In this document: piece after piece, positions 61,053 through 64,000 of the stretch
How positions within the stretch are numbered: position 1 is the first letter of the stretch
How the letters are laid out: every line of letters starts with the position of its first letter
Assembly (NCBI GenBank): GCA_049325335.1
Contig: JBMOMC010000002.1
Coordinates: 320,001-384,000, forward strand
DNA length: 64,000 nucleotides
Reading direction: 5' to 3'
Origin: Nitrospirota bacterium
Lineage (GTDB): Bacteria > Nitrospirota > Nitrospiria > 2-01-FULL-66-17
Notes under the pieces: generated by a model
The model's database searches: none
What the model was told of the DNA's origin: nothing
Seen by the model: the letters and a program-made list of their open reading frames with translations, nothing else
Program-made: the position numbers and the translations under genes

Positions 61053-64000
61053 ATGAAATCACAATGGTGGTGGCGCGCAGCATTGGTCGGGTTGGTGTTG
61101 GTTGTGTTGGGAACAGGCGCGTCAATGCTCGCGCCGTCGGCAGCGCAGGCCGCCTCGTGTGCCGGCGCCACGGCGCCGTGCGCGGAAGACCCCGCGCTCG
61201 ACGCCTGCAATCAGTGCCATAGTATGACGATGACAACCGGGAACCGTAATGGCACCGACCGCCCCATCACGCTCAGCAACGGGTCTGATCGCCACATTTT
61301 AGGGCCGCGGGAACCCGATTTCACGGCGACCGTGGCCGGGATGTTGTCAAAGGGCGCCGCCGGCATCGCGGCACGGATCACCGCGTACCTGAACACAAAT
61401 TATTGCACGACCTGCACCGGGCCGATCCTTTCGAGCGCGTCGTTGTCCAATATCGTGTCGAATGGGGTGACGATAAGCTGGACGACCTCGGCGAATGATT
61501 TTGCCGACTCGATGGCCACGAGCTGCGTCTTGTACGGCACGTCGACGTCGTCGCTCACCGGTAATACGTGCGATACAGGCGACCCCAACTATGATCCGAA
61601 CAGCGCGACGCTGGTCGCCAGCCATCAAGTGACGTTGACGGGGCTGGACTCGTTGACTGAGTATTTTGTCGTGCACCAATCCACCTCGGGCGCACAGACC
61701 ACCAGCTATTCCTTGGCCTCGTCGTTTACCACCCCGCCGCCTGATGGTGGCGGTGGAGGAGACGGCGCCCTGGGGACCATCATTTCGCTCGCGGTTGGGA
61801 ATTATGACGCCGGGACTACGTTGGACTTGGGCATTGGTGTGAGCAGTAAGAATCATGTGATCGCGTACCTCGGCGTCGGGAACGGAACGTTCACCGAAGG
61901 TCAGACGCTGGCGAACGTCGGGACAACCCCGGCGGGAATTACCACCGGCGGGGTGAAGGGCGATTTCAACGAGGACGGGTTGGACGACCTTGCGGTCGTG
62001 AATTTTGCGGACGGGTCCAAGGACGTCAAAGTGTTTCTGGGCACCACGCCGTCAGGCTTTGAAACGGTCGAGGTATCACGCAAGGCGTTTGTGGATCCAC
62101 CTACCAGCGTGGTGACCGGTGACTTTACCGGGGATGGGATATTGGATCTGGCCGTGGCGACGGTGCACACGCCCGCCCCGGCGATGGGTCATGTGTTGAT
62201 TCTGCCCGGCATTGGGGTGGGGGGGAGTGGAACCGGGAGTTTCGGAGACCCGATCTTTACGATCGACGTGCCGATTTCAGTCGGCTTTGCGCCGACCATC
62301 ACGTCGATTACCCCAGGATCGGTGGACTGTCTTGGATTACCGTCCGAGATCACGATTACAGGCAACCTCTTGCTGAATGGCTCGCCCGTGTATTTAGACG
62401 GGACAACTCCCTTGACCGTCATTTCGTACTCCGCGAACGCGTCGATTGTGGCGCGGATTCCAGCAGGAACCTCGGCCGGCACGCATCTGGTGACGGTCCA
62501 GGTCGGCGCTGCCGCGGCGACGGCTTCATTCAGCGTGACGCCCAGAGGCGTGAGTATTTTCAGCGTCACCCCCTCGTCCAAACTCTATGGAGTGGACCCG
62601 TCCGGCGAGGTCATCATTTCCGGGGACGGTTTCACGGTGGGCGGAACCGTGTCGATCGGTCCCTACACCGGGACCACCGTGGCGGGATTGAGTGCGTCCT
62701 CGTCCGTGCCCTTCGTCTTTGTCAACAGCACGACGATTCGAGTGTTCCTGCCCAGTACGCAATTCCCCGTGGGTCAATATAACGTCTATGTGCTCAACCA
62801 AGACGCATGTGGCGGCACCGTGACGTTAAACAACGGCTATACCGTCGCCGCTCCCCAGCCCACCATCAGCGACCTGTCAGACCCAAACGTAACGTATGGC
62901 GTGAGCACCAGCCGATCGATTCGGGTCAACGGCACGGGATTCGTCGTCGGCGCGCAACTGACCGTGGGCGGACTCTCCGGAACCGTGGTGCAAGGAACCC
63001 TTGCCACCGCCGCTCAGCCATTCGTCTTTATTTCGAGTTCAAGCCTGGCGTTTTATTGGGGGAATACCTCATTGCCCGTGGGATCATATGGCGTCACGGT
63101 GACGAATCCAACCGCGGCCGGTGGGTTAAGTACCACGCTGGCCGGCGGGTTCGTGGTCATGGCTCCACAACCGCAGGTATCCTCGGTGTCGATCAGTCCC
63201 GTCACTTACGGGGTGACGCCGAGTCTAGCCGTGATGATCGAGGGGTCCGACTTCCTCCCCGGAGCCGTGATCACGGTGTCAAACTTGACCGGCACTACGG
63301 TCCCGGGGTCGTCGGCCACTGCCGCGGTTCCATTCGTGTTCGTGAGCAGTAGCCGACTGAGTTTCTACTGGGCCAACACGTCGCTGGCTCCGGGAACCTA
63401 TCACGTCCGCGTGGACAATCCTTCGGCCGGTGGGGGGTTGTTCGGCATCCTGACCAATGGGTTTGTCGTGAGCGGCGCCGTGCCACAGTTGTCGTACCTT
63501 ACGCCGGATCCGGTCACCTATGGGGTCAGCGTCAGCTCGCAAGTCACGATTTTCGGATCGGATTTTGTGGTCGGGGCCACGATTACCGTGGGATCAATCA
63601 GCGGCCAGACCGTGAGTGGGACGACCGCAACGTCGTCGGTGCCGTTTGTCTTTGTGTCGAGTGGGGTTCTGAGGTTTTACTGGAACAACACATCGTTGCC
63701 GCCAGGCGCGTACACGGTACAGGTCACGAATCCATCGGCGGCGGGTGGGGGATCTTCCAGCTTGGTAGCCGGCTTTACGGTGATGGCTCCCCAGCCGCAG
63801 ATTATTAATCTCACTCCGGAATCAGTAACCCACTCGATTACCCCAGGAATGTCCATCTCCGTGTTCGGGAGTGACTTCATGGTGGGTTCGACCATTACGG
63901 TCGGAGCGTTGTCCGGAGTGACCGTGGCTGGAAGCGTGGCGACGGCCGCCACACCGTTTGTGTTTACCAGCAGCGGGATCGTGAGATTCTACTGGGCCAA
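61053..64000 (+). CDS. Large secreted protein with cytochrome c domain, FN3-like domain, FG-GAP repeats and tandem IPT/TIG-like repeats (3' partial)
   Basis: Hand translation is open from ATG 61053 to the window end (over 980 aa). Signal peptide MKSQWWWR...AAQA, CNQCH at 61206-61220, GDFNEDGLDDLAV, GDFTGDGILDLAV, repeated PFVF motif. Confidence 0.88.
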   Translation, partial: MKSQWWWRAALVGLVLVVLGTGASMLAPSAAQAASCAGATAPCAEDPALDACNQCHSMTMTTGNRNGTDRPITLSNGSDRHILGPREPDFTATVAGMLSKGAAGIAARITAYLNTNYCTTCTGPILSSASLSNIVSNGVTISWTTSANDFADSMATSCVLYGTSTSSLTGNTCDTGDPNYDPNSATLVASHQVTLTGLDSLTEYFVVHQSTSGAQTTSYSLASSFTTPPPDGGGGGDGALGTIISLAVGNYDAGTTLDLGIGVSSKNHVIAYLGVGNGTFTEGQTLANVGTTPAGITTGGVKGDFNEDGLDDLAVVNFADGSKDVKVFLGTTPSGFETVEVSRKAFVDPPTSVVTGDFTGDGILDLAVATVHTPAPAMGHVLILPGIGVGGSGTGSFGDPIFTIDVPISVGFAPTITSITPGSVDCLGLPSEITITGNLLLNGSPVYLDGTTPLTVISYSANASIVARIPAGTSAGTHLVTVQVGAAAATASFSVTPRGVSIFSVTPSSKLYGVDPSGEVIISGDGFTVGGTVSIGPYTGTTVAGLSASSSVPFVFVNSTTIRVFLPSTQFPVGQYNVYVLNQDACGGTVTLNNGYTVAAPQPTISDLSDPNVTYGVSTSRSIRVNGTGFVVGAQLTVGGLSGTVVQGTLATAAQPFVFISSSSLAFYWGNTSLPVGSYGVTVTNPTAAGGLSTTLAGGFVVMAPQPQVSSVSISPVTYGVTPSLAVMIEGSDFLPGAVITVSNLTGTTVPGSSATAAVPFVFVSSSRLSFYWANTSLAPGTYHVRVDNPSAGGGLFGILTNGFVVSGAVPQLSYLTPDPVTYGVSVSSQVTIFGSDFVVGATITVGSISGQTVSGTTATSSVPFVFVSSGVLRFYWNNTSLPPGAYTVQVTNPSAAGGGSSSLVAGFTVMAPQPQIINLTPESVTHSITPGMSISVFGSDFMVGSTITVGALSGVTVAGSVATAATPFVFTSSGIVRFYWA

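Noticed and set aside
61404..61418. Second heme motif in the surface protein (CTTCT)
   Set aside because: It lacks the His of CxxCH and is more likely a disulfide.

Overview
GC-rich chromosomal window from what looks like an autotrophic Nitrospirota-type bacterium (inferred from the Nitrospira-like ATP-citrate lyase and POR sequences). It carries a reductive-TCA cluster (aclBA, soluble fumarate reductase frdBA, sucCD, membrane-anchored PrxQ) and a separate four-gene pyruvate:ferredoxin oxidoreductase locus. Housekeeping genes include anmK, clpC, tsaD, typA, guaBA, cspA, tadA, dnaX-ybaB-recR, lptFG, miaB, manC/manB and oppABC. There are two tRNA-Ser genes, tRNA-Asn and SRP RNA, a Myxococcus-like polarity set (mglBA, SgmX-like TPR protein, ExeA-like ATPase), a vapBC pair, and a copA-cnoX-MauG-like cluster. 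The most notable observations are: (1) an ORF of more than 980 aa that the ORF track missed (61053 to the window end), fusing a signal peptide, a CxxCH cytochrome c domain, an FN3-like domain, FG-GAP repeats and tandem ~104-aa Ig-like repeats; (2) two tRNA-Ser genes, each enclosed in a long covarying inverted repeat; (3) three copies of a structured repeat, each starting on a TAG stop codon; (4) three GTAG-type REP palindromes; (5) an SDR with an apparent ATT start codon and Phe in place of the catalytic Tyr. No CRISPR array, integrase or transposase was seen.
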